This document shows positions 34,612 through 47,266 of a stretch of 47,266 nucleotides of DNA, one piece after another. Position 1 is the stretch's first letter, and each line of letters begins with the position of its first letter. Both the position numbers and the translations under genes were made by a program. The stretch comes from Octopus bimaculoides (Eukaryota), in NCBI RefSeq assembly GCF_001194135.2, contig NC_068983.1, positions 26,861,546-26,908,811 on the forward strand. The letters run 5' to 3'. The notes under the pieces were generated by a model. The model had not been told where the DNA came from, made no database searches, and worked only from the letters and a program-made list of their open reading frames with translations.

Positions 34612-36605
34612 TATGCATAAAGTGGGCGGGGCTTCATATAGCAAAACGGTTTATCTATTGCCGTATGCTGATTGGTGGGTCGGTCAGTACAAGAAGAACA
34701 ATTGTTACCGAAATTCTTCTGGTGGGTGAAAGTGTATTAGACCACCAAGCGTCATTAACCGGTGACAGATAATTAGATAGATTACTAGACAATTGTCCGG
34801 AATCGAATAATGTGAATATTTATGATATATTGTGTGGTGAGACCTTCTTTGTGACCTTGGTGCGTTTCGGCAAGGGGAAAGAGATACAAATAGGAACAGA
34901 AAAAGACAAACAGGCATTAATTATACGAGTGGCTAAAGACTTATTGTAGAGCAGTATGAATGACAAACAAGTGTACATATTGAATTGTGACCTCTTTTAA
35001 AATGCAGTTTCCACATGGTTGAAGTACGGCATCAAAAGGAAATATTAAAGTTTTGCATTCAATGCTTTGTTCCCCTGACCCAAATTGGATAAATCCTAAC
35101 ATGATACCTATGCTCGTGTTATTGGTTGATGTTTGAAAGCAGCAGCACAATTATTCTATATAAAATCTAAGTTAACATTAATATTAACGGTAACCATTAT
35201 ATTTTGTAATTCTGAAGTATTTTTTTCAAAGTGTCACTAAAAGAAATTGAATATGATTTGAAACTATTGTATGAAAATACTCATAGGTTAACCACCTCAG
35301 TAGAGGCTATCTCACTGACTATTTTGGTTCTAATCTATTTACTGAACCGGCATAAAATGACAATATGAATTAACTGTGATAGAATGATTTCGTCAATCAT
35401 GCCATATACATATTTGTCCAGAAATTCGCAAAATGTAATTAGCATGCATTCATACAATCTGTTCATTTCATGATATTTTGAATGACGCTATTACATTTGA
35501 AAATTGAAAATAATTATAGCGAAAGAATTTTATACACTTTTTCATTGTACCAGCAACTTTACTGTGATGCAATCTTGACAGGCGCCAGGCGCCATGTCAT
35601 CGAAAACGGTTTCCTGTAAAGAAATTCAAAATGATGATAAGAGGTGCAGTGTAATACTGCAAAGGAAGAAATTGTAATGTATCTGTGATACAGTTGATGG
35701 TGGATTGGCAAAATCATTAGGTAGATGGACAAAATATGTGGTGAAGTGCAGTACGTATTGAGTGAGTTCTCACATACGCAAATTTCGCCTCCGAAATCTT
35801 TGGAGTCATGCTGTAACGTACGGGCAAATACTTGCGTTAACCTCTCCATAATCGGCTCCATAATAGGCTTTGGAGAATGCCCTCGCTGTAAATAAAAGCA
35901 AAGCGGCTACAAGATTTATTAGTTTTCGAAGAAATATAATACTGAAACAAGATTGTACCTGTCTTTCCTTTAATGGACAATGCAATGTGTCAGTCGTTGA
36001 ACACAAAGGAAGTCGATAGAACGTTAAAAGGAAAACAGGAAAATTGTGGGTAGAAGGAATAATGAAAATTAATTTAGGAATGAATGAGAAGTGGAACAAT
36101 GATTGTATCTAGTAATATAAAAGGACAGACTTCACGAAATGAATCGACCAAAATATTCAGTAGTATGTTTCTTCTACAATCCCACCCTCAAATGGAAATA
36201 AAAAAAGCCAGAACATTTGATAACAGAAATTGTACCATTTTCTGTGTTGCTACTTACTAATATACTGACACATTTTTAAGTTTGTCGACATATCGGACAT
36301 TTAAACATGTCTGCTTTTGTACTATGCTATAAGAGAAGCTTTATATAAGTGTTTCTTTGCATATGTATGTGCTTATGTATGTGCTTATGTGTGAGTTTAA
36401 GTTAACCATTTACAACAGACGCAGCTTCAGTAACGAATATTACTTTGTATATCCAACCTAACATGGATATGTTGATTTTAACGCCGTAAACAGCTGTAAA
36501 GATCCCGAAAATCTATTGCGTAGAGAAGACAGATGATTAAAAAAAAACATCAACATACTATTATCAGTTGACGTAATTTCATCTGTATAATGACAGATGT
36601 CGTAA

Positions 36606-36667
36606 CCGTACCATGTGATATCACCGTATCCTGATATTCATCGCTGTGGTGAAATCACATGATACGG
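36606..36667. ncRNA. Candidate pre-miRNA-sized hairpin
   Basis: CCGTACCATGTGATATCACC and GGTGAAATCACATGATACGG form a 20-bp stem with 2 mismatches (one becomes G:U on the minus strand), with a 22-nt loop and partial pairing of the lower stem. Confidence 0.25.
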
Positions 36668-36783
36668 CAGTGCCATTCGATGGAGTACTAGCACAATTTC
36701 GATTTTAATGGACGTTTAGAGAGGTTTAAAAGCGTTATAAACCAGATATCTAAGTTTGGATAAAAGTGATAATAAATATTAAA

Positions 36784-36833
<50 letters not shown>

Positions 36834-38287
36834 ACATACGCACATAAATAGACCAGATTTTCTCTGTGACCAAGTTTCTGCACGTGTAGTATAAGGAACA
36901 ATTAATGAGATTGGTTGATAACGCCATTGGCTTCATCATAGGTTTTAATCACACAGACGATGTGGGGATAAATATTTAAAAACGACAAACAACGAATAGT
37001 TTCACTGTTGAAAAAGGGACCATACTTCTTACCAAGTAATGTAAACTAACTTTCAATATAGGAAGGGACAGTATGCAAGAGAATTCTATTGATCAAGAAA
37101 TAATCTCAATACAAGCGTACTCAGGAGCACATACATGCACGCAGTCACACAAATATGCTCTTTAAATTGATTTATACTAGTAGTTCTGTGGGTGTGCATG
37201 TATACACACGCACACTCTCTCTCTCTCTTGCTCACAAACATACATTCATGTTGTACATATGTCTTTTGAATGCTGCATCTTTCAGATGAACATCTTTCCA
37301 GTAGTTCTTCTTCATAAAGAAAAGTTTTGCAGCTTTAACCGACCCTAAATATTATTTGCCGTTTTAATGCTATCAAGCGAAATGCTGAAAGTGATGAATT
37401 AGCAGAAAATATAGAATGACACAGGGATAGTAAGAAACGGAGTAATATTTCTACGTATTAGGTTGCCTTTGTCTAATTTCTATACCCAAACCCTGGCAAA
37501 AATCCTATGTATATCGATGTTTACTCTTCTAAATCTGGGATCAGGAAAATAGCTATTGCGATCGTTCAAAATTGCTATATCTCTCCCCCAAAATTCGTCG
37601 CATATAGTCGATTTTAGAAACAATTACTAACAATAGGAGTGGAGTAAAGAATGAAAAAAAAAATGCAAATACAGGACAAAAATATTTGCTATATTTAGAC
37701 ACATTTCTCAGTGTTATGAATTTAAGTCAGCAGAAGTTTGATTTGTTTTAAATTCATTCATAATCGTTACGATAAAAACAAAACCAGAACTGAAGTTCGA
37801 TTTCATTAACATTATATTCTCTTGCACATTAAAAAGAAAAAAAAATGGAGAACAAATGAGATTCAGAGAGAAAAAAATAAAGAAAAATGACAATGAGACA
37901 ATCATTAATATAAACATTGAAATGAGACTAGAGAAACTTTTTCTGTCTCCTTAGAAATAATGTTAAAATAAATTCAGATAACATTGATTCTTAAGTATCG
38001 TTTCACTTCTGAATCTAGAAAAAAACACAAAACACACGCTCGCAAACAACTGAAACCACAAAATACACACGTTCACAAACACACATGCACACACAAACTC
38101 GGCACACACACATACGCTTATAATACGCACACACACACATGTATCTATATGTGTATGTATAAATATAAAAATATATGAAACGAGAAAAAATGCTGGATAT
38201 TCAGTATACACCACCTGGCAACACTATGAGTTGAAAATTTGTGGAAAACATATATATACATATATATACATACATATATACATATAT

Positions 38288-38443
38288 ACGATAGGCCTCT
38301 TTCAGTTTCTGTCTACCGAATCCAATCACCGGGCTTTGGTTCGTCTGAGATTATAGCAGAGGTTACTTGCGCAATCTACCACACAATGGGACTCAACTCT
38401 GAACTATGTGGTTGGGAAGCAAGCTTCTTACCACACAACCGCA
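38288..38443 (-). mobile_element. SINE family C copy
   Basis: CTTTCAGTTTCTGTCTACCGAATCCA…CACAATGGGACTCAACTCTGAACTATGTGGTTGGGAAGCAAGCTTCTTACCACACA. Confidence 0.85.
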
Positions 38444-38788
38444 TAAAAAATATAGTTACAGAGATAGAACCACGCATATAAAAATAAACATGTATATATG
38501 ATGTGTGAGAGAGGCCACAGCCAGGTATGAACTTCGTGTGTCTATTTAAAGAAAGGAATAGTATCTCGTGTAAGAACACAAATAATTAGAACACGATATG
38601 AAAACTCTCTGTACACAGTAAAGGAAACAATCAATTTCGTACTTTCGATTTTATTTGACTAATAAGTGTTTTTGAAATTTTGTCATAAAAACAGTAATTT
38701 TGGTGTAAGAGAATTAATTACATAAGGGAAATGTGATAAAAACTGTAATTTTTGGGTAAGTCAATTACATAAACCACAATGTTCAAGA

Positions 38789-38916
38789 GGTACGTATTTT
38801 AACGACTCGGAAAGGCAAAGTCGACCTCGGCGTGAATTGAACTAAGAACGTAAAGATAGACGAAATACGTCTAAACATATTGACGGTCGTGCTGACGGTT
38901 CTGCTAGGTTGCCGCC
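38789..38916 (-). mobile_element. SINE family B copy
   Basis: GGCAAAGTCGACCTCGGCGTGAATTGAACTAAGAACGTAAAGATAGACGAAATAC. Confidence 0.85.
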
Positions 38917-39080
38917 GTCGTATTGACTCATAATAAAAGAAGTTAACTGGAACCATCGCATCTGTTTATTATTGTCGTAACCCTTCTCCCGAGATAAAGC
39001 ATAATCTGTTTGGAGCACATGAGTTTATGTCCTTGTGTATTTTTATATGTGCGTTTCTATCTCTGTAACTATATTTTTAT

Positions 39081-39218
39081 GTGGCTGTGTGGTAAGAAAA
39101 TTGCTTCCCAACCACATGGTTCAGGGTTGAGTCCCACTGTGTGACAGCTTACGCAAGTAACTTCTGCTATAGCCTCAGCCGAACCAAACCCCTGTGATTG
39201 GGTTCGGTAGACAGAAAG
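39081..39218 (+). mobile_element. SINE family C 5' part
   Basis: GTGGCTGTGTGGTAAGAAAATTGCTTCCCAACCACATGGTTCAGGGTTGAGTCCCACTG…. Confidence 0.85.
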
Positions 39219-40125
39219 GAAAAACAGGATGTTTATGCAGTTCTCAAGCTCTCTGCCCGAAATTTATGCACCCAGAGCTGTTCACGATGAATTTATTTTG
39301 AGTTGATATAAATACCTCATAACCATATCTTCTCTATTTCTTTTACCAACTCTTTCCAAATGAGTTTCACGTAAAAATCATTCCTTGCCGTGCTCTTATT
39401 TTCTGGTTTCTCAATTCTCTTCTTCATATGCACAAGGTTGTACGCAAATCATTTTAGACTTCAGTTCCTACACCTGATCTTTTAATACTACTCACTTTTC
39501 TCTAATTTAAATTCTCTGTAACGCTTACTCTTAAAGTATTACGCAATATAAAACACATAATCATATATATATGTGGGTGTATGAGTGTATGTGTGTTTGC
39601 GTATATACATGTGTGTGTATGTGCATGTGTTCCTTTTTCTGTGCGTTTTTCTGTTACCCCGAGCGCCAAGACAACTATTAAATATCACGATGGATGCAAC
39701 AAAAGATTCTCTGCTCGTCCTAATCCTTCTCCTCTTTCTACTCCTTCCTCTTCCTACTGCCACTACCATTATTATTATTATTGCTATAACTATTATCACA
39801 AATACTAGAGCTACCTTCTTTGTTGTGCATTTATTATACATTCTACAACGTATGCTTCGTCCCCATCATCTCATCGTAGCAAGTTCATGTGCACACTGTT
39901 ACTTAGTTTCTTTCTATCTTATGCTGAATAGCTTCTAATTGAAACGCCAAATTGTAGAGAATCAGACTTTCAAGGCAATGGTCACCTAATACAATTCCAG
40001 ATAGATGTGGAGATGATTTATTCACTGAATCGTATTCTATGCTGGCCTTTCACTACATGAAAGTATTCATGTAGCACAGCATACAACATGACAAAACATT
40101 CAGCGACAACATGTCTATTCTCTTA

Positions 40126-40126
40126 T

Positions 40127-40194
<68 letters not shown>
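40126..40194. repeat. (TCTA)n tetranucleotide microsatellite
   Basis: Direct reading. Confidence 0.95.
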
Positions 40195-40195
<1 letters not shown>

Positions 40196-40957
40196 ACTCA
40201 ATTTATCGGTGTATATTGTATTTATGTGCGTGAGTGTAGGTAAGTATTTATGAAGGTATGTATCTGCAGACGTGTGCGCGCGCGTAGGCATGTACAGACA
40301 GAAGGATAAATATCTACATGTAAAAGATCTATGAATCGATATACTTACACACACATAGAAAATCCTTATATGTACTTGTGTATATTATACATATGTACAT
40401 TGAAATCAACGCAGGTTTTCACATTTATGTTTATGTAATATTGCATGTGTGTGCGTATATACACACATGTATTTATATATATATATATATATACATTTAC
40501 ACGTAGAATTAAAATATACATCTCTCTCTCTCTCTCTCTCTCCCTCCCTCTCTCTCTCTCTCTCTCTCCCTCTCTCTCTCNNNNNNNNNNNNNNNNNNNN
40601 NNNNNNNNNNNNNNNNNNNNNNNNCTCTCTCTCTCTCTCCCTCTCTCTCTCCCTCTCTCTCTCCCTCTCTCTCTCTCTCTATATATATATATATTGAGAT
40701 ACATATATGCATACAACATACACATATACATGCATATATGCATATATTTGTATATCGTGTGTTTATATATGCACAACCATTTTTAGTCTTAGTAGCTAAG
40801 TGAATAAGTATTTTTCTACTTGAACGTTTGAATGATTGATTGAATAAAGAAAAATGTCTTTAATTCGTTTAATGCCAAACGTTAAGCGCAAATGCAACTA
40901 GTCTCTCAGATGTAATTACTTCAAATACGTTATTTAATGTCTCTGCTGCAGAGGAAT

Positions 40958-40998
<41 letters not shown>

Positions 40999-41675
40999 CT
41001 TATATAAATGTATACGGGATATGCATATATACCTATCTCTCTATAAATATATCTAGCTATCTTTCTATTCATATACATATGTGAATGTAGGTGTGTAAGG
41101 ATGTTCGGGGGTGTTTACATCCCTATGATTTGGACATCAAGGCATGCCTCTTGATTTCTATTCAATCTACCTGAATGAGAGACACGTATCTTGAAGTGGC
41201 TGTCAAACAATTACAGCACTTACTTATAATATATACAAGTATAAATGAGTATATACACACACTCACACAAACACACATATATGTATGTATTTATATAGGT
41301 ATATGTATATAGACCCCTGTCTGTCTTTCTTCCACTCCCTACTTCCTCCGTTGNNNNNNNNNNCACACTCACACAAACACACATATATGTATGTATTTAT
41401 ATAGGTATATGTATATAGACCCCTGTCTGTCTTTCTTCCACTCCCTACTTCCTCCGTTGTTTCTCCCTTCCCTCACCCCCTTTGTTTCCTTCCCTCATCC
41501 TCTCTCTCCTCTTCCTTTTCCTCTGCCTGTTGCTCACGTGACTACAGGCCATTTCTCTCCGCTCCCGACTTTAAAGGGGTTAAGGAGGTTATAATGAGCT
41601 GGTCCCAGTTATCTCCTTTTATTATTATTGGTGAAGAGATATATCTCCTGGGTCACCTATAACCCACTACGCAAC

Positions 41676-41760
41676 TTAAGCACCAGTTGAGTACTGGGGT
41701 CAATCTAATCGACTGGCACCTTACCCCCAAATTTCGAACCTTGTGTCTAGAGCAGAAAAG
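41676..41760 (+). mobile_element. SINE family B 3' tail fragment
   Basis: AAGCACCAGTTGAGTACTGGGGTCAATCTAATCGACT…CCCCAAATTTCGAACCTTGTG is the reverse of the tails at 4352 and 10555. Confidence 0.65.
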
Positions 41761-44700
41761 AATATATATCAAGTAGGATTTACTTAACTGTAGCAGCACC
41801 CTCTATTTGTAACCATGTTACTAATTAGCAAGTGATTTAACTTGTAATCGTTTAATTAATTTGGGGGTTTGTGCTTTGCTTTTTCATATGTCTACTAGGC
41901 AGAGTGTACTCAGGAGCGTTTAGGCAATTAAGGTTTGTCTAGTATACCCACTACTTGGGATTATGGTGCCTATTTAAGTAGATGTAGTATTATTATTTGT
42001 AGGTAAATGCTCCCCTTAACCCTTAGTTATTTACTGTCGTACGGTTGCTTGTTTTCATGTTGGGTGAGTTTATAGTAACACAAGCCGCTTTGGAACACTT
42101 CTGACATAGGATACTCCCCCACACTTTTTATTTACCCCATAAGGGTCTAAACTTGCCCTTGGTTTTAAATTCAACTGACCAATTATAGGGATGGTAGGAC
42201 TTTGGTCAATTCCATTACAGACAACAGCTGGTTGTTCTTTAGAATTTATCAGTAAGTACACTATTGTAACAACTTTATGGGTATGTTTTTGGATAAATTT
42301 TGCTTAGCACGATTTACGAAATCATAAGTGCTATTCTATTTTTAGACCTATTGACGAGTCCAGTTATAATAAAGCACTAATTTTATTTTATTATTATTAA
42401 TACACCCTGGTACCTCTAAAAAAGATTAACCCATTAATTATTTTTCTAGCTTATTCATTTGCTCTTCGACTTCAGGCATTACACTGCAAAATAATATGAT
42501 TCGAATATATTAAGCCTTCTTTTACACCTGTAAAAGTATAGGACAAACTATTACTTCAAGCAAAGTAAAGAATAAGAAACTTTTTTACTTAAAATATTGC
42601 TGCAAAGAATGCCAGTTCTTCTAATTTATCACTCTTTACAGTTCTCATCTTTTAAATTTATTGTACAAACTGTTCGGCTATTTTGTAAGTTCCAACATTA
42701 CTGATTGAAGCCCCCATAATGTGCCATCTATATAGACCCTTACTTTCAGAAAATTCGTTTTCCATTCTTAAAATTTAACAGCACAAAATATACACACGCA
42801 AATGTTAATATATATGTCCCTGTGTATATGCGTGTGCGTGTCTGCGTGTATGTATGGAATATTATATTTCAGAAAACGGTACAATGTTAAACAGTCAGAA
42901 CGGACTGCTTCGCGATCAATGTATCTTTAAATAAAACAAATAAACAAATAGTAAATTTATGAATGGATTTAATCTCATATCATTTTGCTTTGAATCATAT
43001 AACATCGGGTACAGAGAACATCATAAAATTCGAAGAACTGTGATTCAAGAAATTAATTTCAATTGTTCGTAGAATTATGCTTGAATTCAACCCGAGTAAA
43101 CAATTTATGAGAATGTATTATTCCAGTAATTCTTTGAACATTTCATAATTTGACTATTTTTGTCTTCACTCATATAAATGGATTTGTAATTCAGATCATG
43201 GTGGTTGAGACGTGATAAAATTATGTTGTATAAACAAAGAAACTGAATGAAAGCGAAGAAATTTTAAAACAGGCAACAATAGAAAGGCTATTTTTCATAT
43301 TGCTATTTTTGACTATTTAATTTCCTGTAGAAAGGTATTGGTGTGTGATGGATGTATTGTATCGGATGATCTTAAGAATTTTTGATGTTACAACCTATGC
43401 TATTCTGCTTTTATTTCAGGTATAATGTTTTATCTAATTTTTCAATTCGTGAAAAACAATATAAACGTAAGGTATATTCAACAGGAACAAAATTGGCTAC
43501 TCTTTCTAGCAGATGGTGCGATAACATACACTAAACCTCTTTGGTTCTTCACCAGCAAGGAGTTACTAAGGGGTTTACGATACAAATGTCGTCAATCCGT
43601 TCATTGATTTATCTATCAATTGACGTGCTTGATTCTTTCTAGTGGTTTTTACCATTAATTCGTTTGATTATGTATCACAGAAATGTGAAATAGACGAATA
43701 GTTTTATCTTTGATATGGTAGATCAAGGGCGGGAAATAGTAAAACGGTTGTGATATCTAACATTCTGAGCTGAAATCTAAGCAATATCTAATTAGTCTTT
43801 AATCTTTCAGTGGAAGAAAAGAACTGTGAAGTAATGTTGTCGATATACATAATAGTTCCCAACTCAAGTTCCTGGACACTCTGATGTTCGTATGTTTAAT
43901 GCCCAATTTTTAGAAGTATGATGGAAATCCTTTCTGTTACGACTATGAAGTATTTTTTTCTAATATATTATTCAGTTGACCGATCAATATTATACAGATT
44001 TTTTTTTTTTATTTGAAGGAGATTTCAATTACTGTTGTTCCGTAGACCGCAGAACGAATATTATCAAGCCGCTCTATTTTCAAAGCATTGTATGATGATT
44101 CCCTTCCTTTTTTATGTATTATATATCAAAGGTTACTTTTTTTGTATATAATTTTCTGATTTTAAGATGAGAACATCTTCAGTAAAATTTGACTACTATT
44201 TTTTTAACTGGCCATAGTATCATTCGTTGACTCTATGTTTTGATCCTTTTTCAAGGAGGTTATATCTAGATATGAACATCAACATATCTAACTGATGTGA
44301 TTAATCTGACCTACACATATACGAACGTGTATGTCTTACAAACGTCTAATCCAACTGGTGCTTAAACAATACACAAACTCTGTTAACAAGAATTGTAATC
44401 AAAATCAACAATTTTACTTCACGTAGGAGCGAATAACTATTTAGTTTCATTTTGACATTGGTGAGTAAAGAAAATATTGAAGCTGGTGTCTTTGCTGTTA
44501 TTGCTTCGTAGATCACTCCATAGTAAGTCGTACTATGGTGCGCAAGTAGCCTTTTCAAAGAAGGTGCGTGATCCAAAACGTCTTGTCATATCACCATTGC
44601 GCTTAACCCACGATTTTAAGTTTTGTACGTAGTAACAAACTGTGCGATTGGCAACCTGTAAGTCTAGACGAATATTAGGTCAGGTCTACCACTACCCTCA

Positions 44701-45263
44701 CAAATTCTGCCCAACCGAAATATTGATATAGAGCACTATATGTCATGTATCTCTGTGGATATGTTCCTGCAGGATGGATGAGAGACAGACAACGATTTGA
44801 TTATGATCTGAGATACTATATAAACGTATTGGTAGTTGGAGCTGGTCCTTCATGTACTAGCATGCAATAGGGGGTTTGAAGTCTGCTGTTGCAACAAACA
44901 GTGCTAATCTCATCTCTAGGCAGTCTTTCAATTTTAGTATGTATGTCCCGTCGAGTCGGTGGTCCGTAGTCAATTTATTATGCGTAGTGGACTGTTTACT
45001 TTTCTATGTAGTTTACTTTGCTTACTGTGATGAAATTGCTTTTGCAGATACAATGGATTTTCTTTTGTCTGTGCTCCAATGGTGTTTATAATTTCTGTTT
45101 ACAAAATATTGCTGTTGTGATTGCTTACAATAGATTTTGCCTTGTTTTGCTTTGCTACTTATTTTTGCATTGCGAATATTGCGGACATTATGTATTTTAA
45201 CTGCTAGTATTTTTGTTGTTGTGTTGTACTTTGCGAGTGTGGTATTCTTATATTGTTACACGT

Positions 45264-45648
45264 AGGCGCAGGAGTGGCTGTATGGTAAGTAGCTTGCTTA
45301 CCAACCACATGGTTCCGGGTTCAGTCCCACTGCGTGGAAACATGGGTAAGTGCCTTCTACTATAGCCACGGGACGACCAAAGACTTGTGAGTGGATTTGG
45401 TAGACGGAAACTGAAAGAAGCCCGTCGTATATATGTATATGTATAGATACGTGTGTGTTTGTGTGTCTGTGTTTGTCCTCACAACATCCCCGTAACTGAG
45501 CGGTTCGGCAAAAGAGACCAATAGAATAAGCACTAGGCTTACAAAGAATAAATCCCAGGGTCGATTTGCTCGACTAAAGGCGATGCTCCAGCATGGCCGC
45601 AGTCAAATGACTGAAACAAGTGAAAGAGAGTAAAAGAGAGAAAGAGAG
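45264..45648 (+). mobile_element. SINE family C, full length (tRNA-like head, CORE-like centre, internal TA/TG microsatellite, 3' tail)
   Basis: GGCGCAGGAGTGGCTGTATGGTAAG…GGTTCAGTCCCACTG…GCTCCAGCATGGCCGCAGTCAAATGACTGAAACAAGT followed by (AAAGAGAG). Confidence 0.92.
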
Positions 45649-46089
45649 TATGGGGTCTGTATGTATCTATTATTATCTTCAGTTACTGTAACGTATGTAA
45701 GAAACTGAATTCGGTAGTGCTATGTTAAAGGCTGCTGGAAGACCACCATTGAATTTATATAGGACTAGTGTAGATCTAAAATAATCAATATAGTAGAAGG
45801 TGATGAAGCGCGCGAGATTTACATGGGGCTGCTTGTGTATGATGCTAATAAAGCTTAACGGAATCATCTAATGTTCTGAAAATGACATGTTCTTCATGTG
45901 TACTAAATAGGCTTGCTGATCTTGCAGGCTGTTATTTAGCCAAAATTTTGTCATGTTTCTTAATGTATCATTCATAGAAATTTTAATGAATTTTATGAAC
46001 AATTGATATCGGTGGATTTTCTTGTTGAGTCTTTGTCGCATATTCTAAGATAGTTTTCTCTGTAGAAATAAATAAAACGAAAGAGGAAG

Positions 46090-46660
46090 CGGCCCATGTC
46101 TTTTACGTCCGCTTATAGGGGTCCAGAGTTGTGCAGGTGCTGTGTTCGTTCTTTTGGTTGATTTTTGCTGAGGTTGATTCTTCGCCAACCATATTTATTT
46201 CCAAAATTCTTCCACTGCTTCTGCTTGTTTATTTTTGTCAAGTTCTGGGTAGAATCATTTCGGGTTGGAGTTTGTTTTGTTAAAAGTAATGTCGGCGATT
46301 CTAAGACCGGGGGATTCTTTGTGCTTTGGGGAGGCTATCATGCCTTAGCTGTTCTCTTACCTCAGGTATATCTTGTTCTGAAATTTTGTATCTATGTAGC
46401 ATTTTTCTTCTCTTCTTACTTAGTAGTGTTGATTGTTTACTAGTTTCATTAAGGATTGAGAAATCCTTTCCCTTATTCTCAATTTGTTTGCTGGATATTA
46501 TTTATCGACATAATGTGTGTGGGTGGGGATGCTCCTGTTTCGATGAGTTTTAGTGGAGTATCCAGCTTCTTTTTTCGCCACAGAGGCTGCTGCATATATT
46601 ATTTCATGTAGCCTGGTCGTATTGACATTTGTTTCTGTGGCTATTCTTTGACGGCCAGGT
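46090..46660 (-). mobile_element. R4/Dong-like LINE remnant, region N-terminal to RT
   Basis: Minus translation with frameshifts: LHEIIYAAASVA…RKDFSILNE…KKRRKMLHRYKISEQDIPEVREQL…KAQR…NPK*FYPEL…AEAVEEFWK*IW. Confidence 0.65.
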
Positions 46661-46689
46661 TCATGTTATTTATTAATAATGACGTTTTA

Positions 46690-47105
46690 TTATAAAAAGC
46701 ATCAGATCATCTATGTTGAGTAAATGGTCAATTTTTCCATTACCATTTCTAAAGTGATAACTTACCTTAACCTTCCTTAATACTAAAGTGTGGGGGATCA
46801 AAGTTGGGCGGAATAATAGACGGGACACCGAGTACCCCTGGAAAATTCCATTTTTGATATTAACTTTACCTAAGAGTGTGTCACCTAAGTAGACATCTAC
46901 GTTCCATTTGCTCATGCTACAGCTAATTAATTCTCTTATGCTGTCTGCTGTACTGAATTTACGCAAACATTCACTTGTCCATGAGTGTGAGATCATGTCA
47001 CACGCTTTCCTATATTTTGTCCATACTATTGTTAGATTTTTCTTTCTAGCTTTTACTCCATTTAGAACAGCTTTGCCTATATATAATAGATCATGCGTTT
47101 CATGC
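46690..47105 (-). mobile_element. R4/Dong-like LINE reverse transcriptase core fragment
   Basis: KNLTIVWTKYRKACDMISHSW…GIFQGYSVSRLLF…LIPHTLVLRK…IDHLLNIDDLMLF corresponds to WIDYKKAYD.VPHSW, GIFQGDSLSPLLF and INHLLFMDDLKL. Flanked by (ATT)n, the known target type of Dong elements. Confidence 0.88.
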
Positions 47106-47107
47106 GC

Positions 47108-47165
<58 letters not shown>

Positions 47166-47266
47166 GTTGTTGTTGTTGTTGTTGTTCTTCTTGTTGTTAT
47201 TATTATTAATAATAATAATGTCATTATTATTTTGTAGTCCGAGAGAAATGGAGAGAGAGAGAGAGA
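47108..47266. repeat. (ATT)n/(GTT)n microsatellite and terminal (GA)n
   Basis: Direct reading. Confidence 0.95.

Noticed and set aside
34941-35150. RING-like DAVLQPCG motif
   Set aside because: The remaining Cys/His ligands are absent.
41258-41459. Perfect 96-bp tandem duplication
   Set aside because: The two identical copies flank a 10-N gap, a typical unmerged contig overlap.
42070-42261. Protein-like 63-aa minus ORF and overlapping plus-strand TCA|GTAAGT donor
   Set aside because: No homology recognised, and the two readings conflict.
44428-44461. 34-nt segment with a good acceptor and TTG|GTGAGT donor
   Set aside because: All three frames contain stops; at most a non-coding exon, which cannot be supported here.

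Overview
AT-rich, repeat-dense eukaryotic DNA from a gapped short-read assembly, with nine N-gaps, nearly all inside microsatellites. It is most likely from a coleoid cephalopod (Octopus-type), judged from my recognition of its three tRNA-derived SINE families; this is not a database result. I find no complete protein-coding gene, rRNA, true tRNA or CRISPR array. Most listed ORFs are microsatellite or N-gap artefacts. Supported content: (i) about 17 SINE copies or fragments of three families, some with target-site duplications; (ii) decayed non-LTR retroelements: R4/Dong-like pieces (5455-6445, 46090-46660, 46690-47105), a 5'-truncated L1/Tx1-like LINE (27791-29410) and a weak RTE-like fragment; (iii) Penelope-like (Naiad-type) RT and GIY-YIG fragments plus several degenerate hammerhead-ribozyme-like motifs; (iv) an internally deleted pogo-type DNA transposon (30747-32179); (v) a 582-bp foldback element with an 8-bp TSD and a telomere-repeat core (1963-2544). 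The best leads not explained by repeats are a plus-strand exon candidate with SH2-like motifs (26963-27105), a miRNA-like hairpin (36606-36667), a ~235-bp inverted repeat (33197-33433) and a Rossmann-like micro-ORF (44773-44870). All four are speculative. The window looks like a large intron or intergenic tract; I cannot claim a new biological system from sequence alone.
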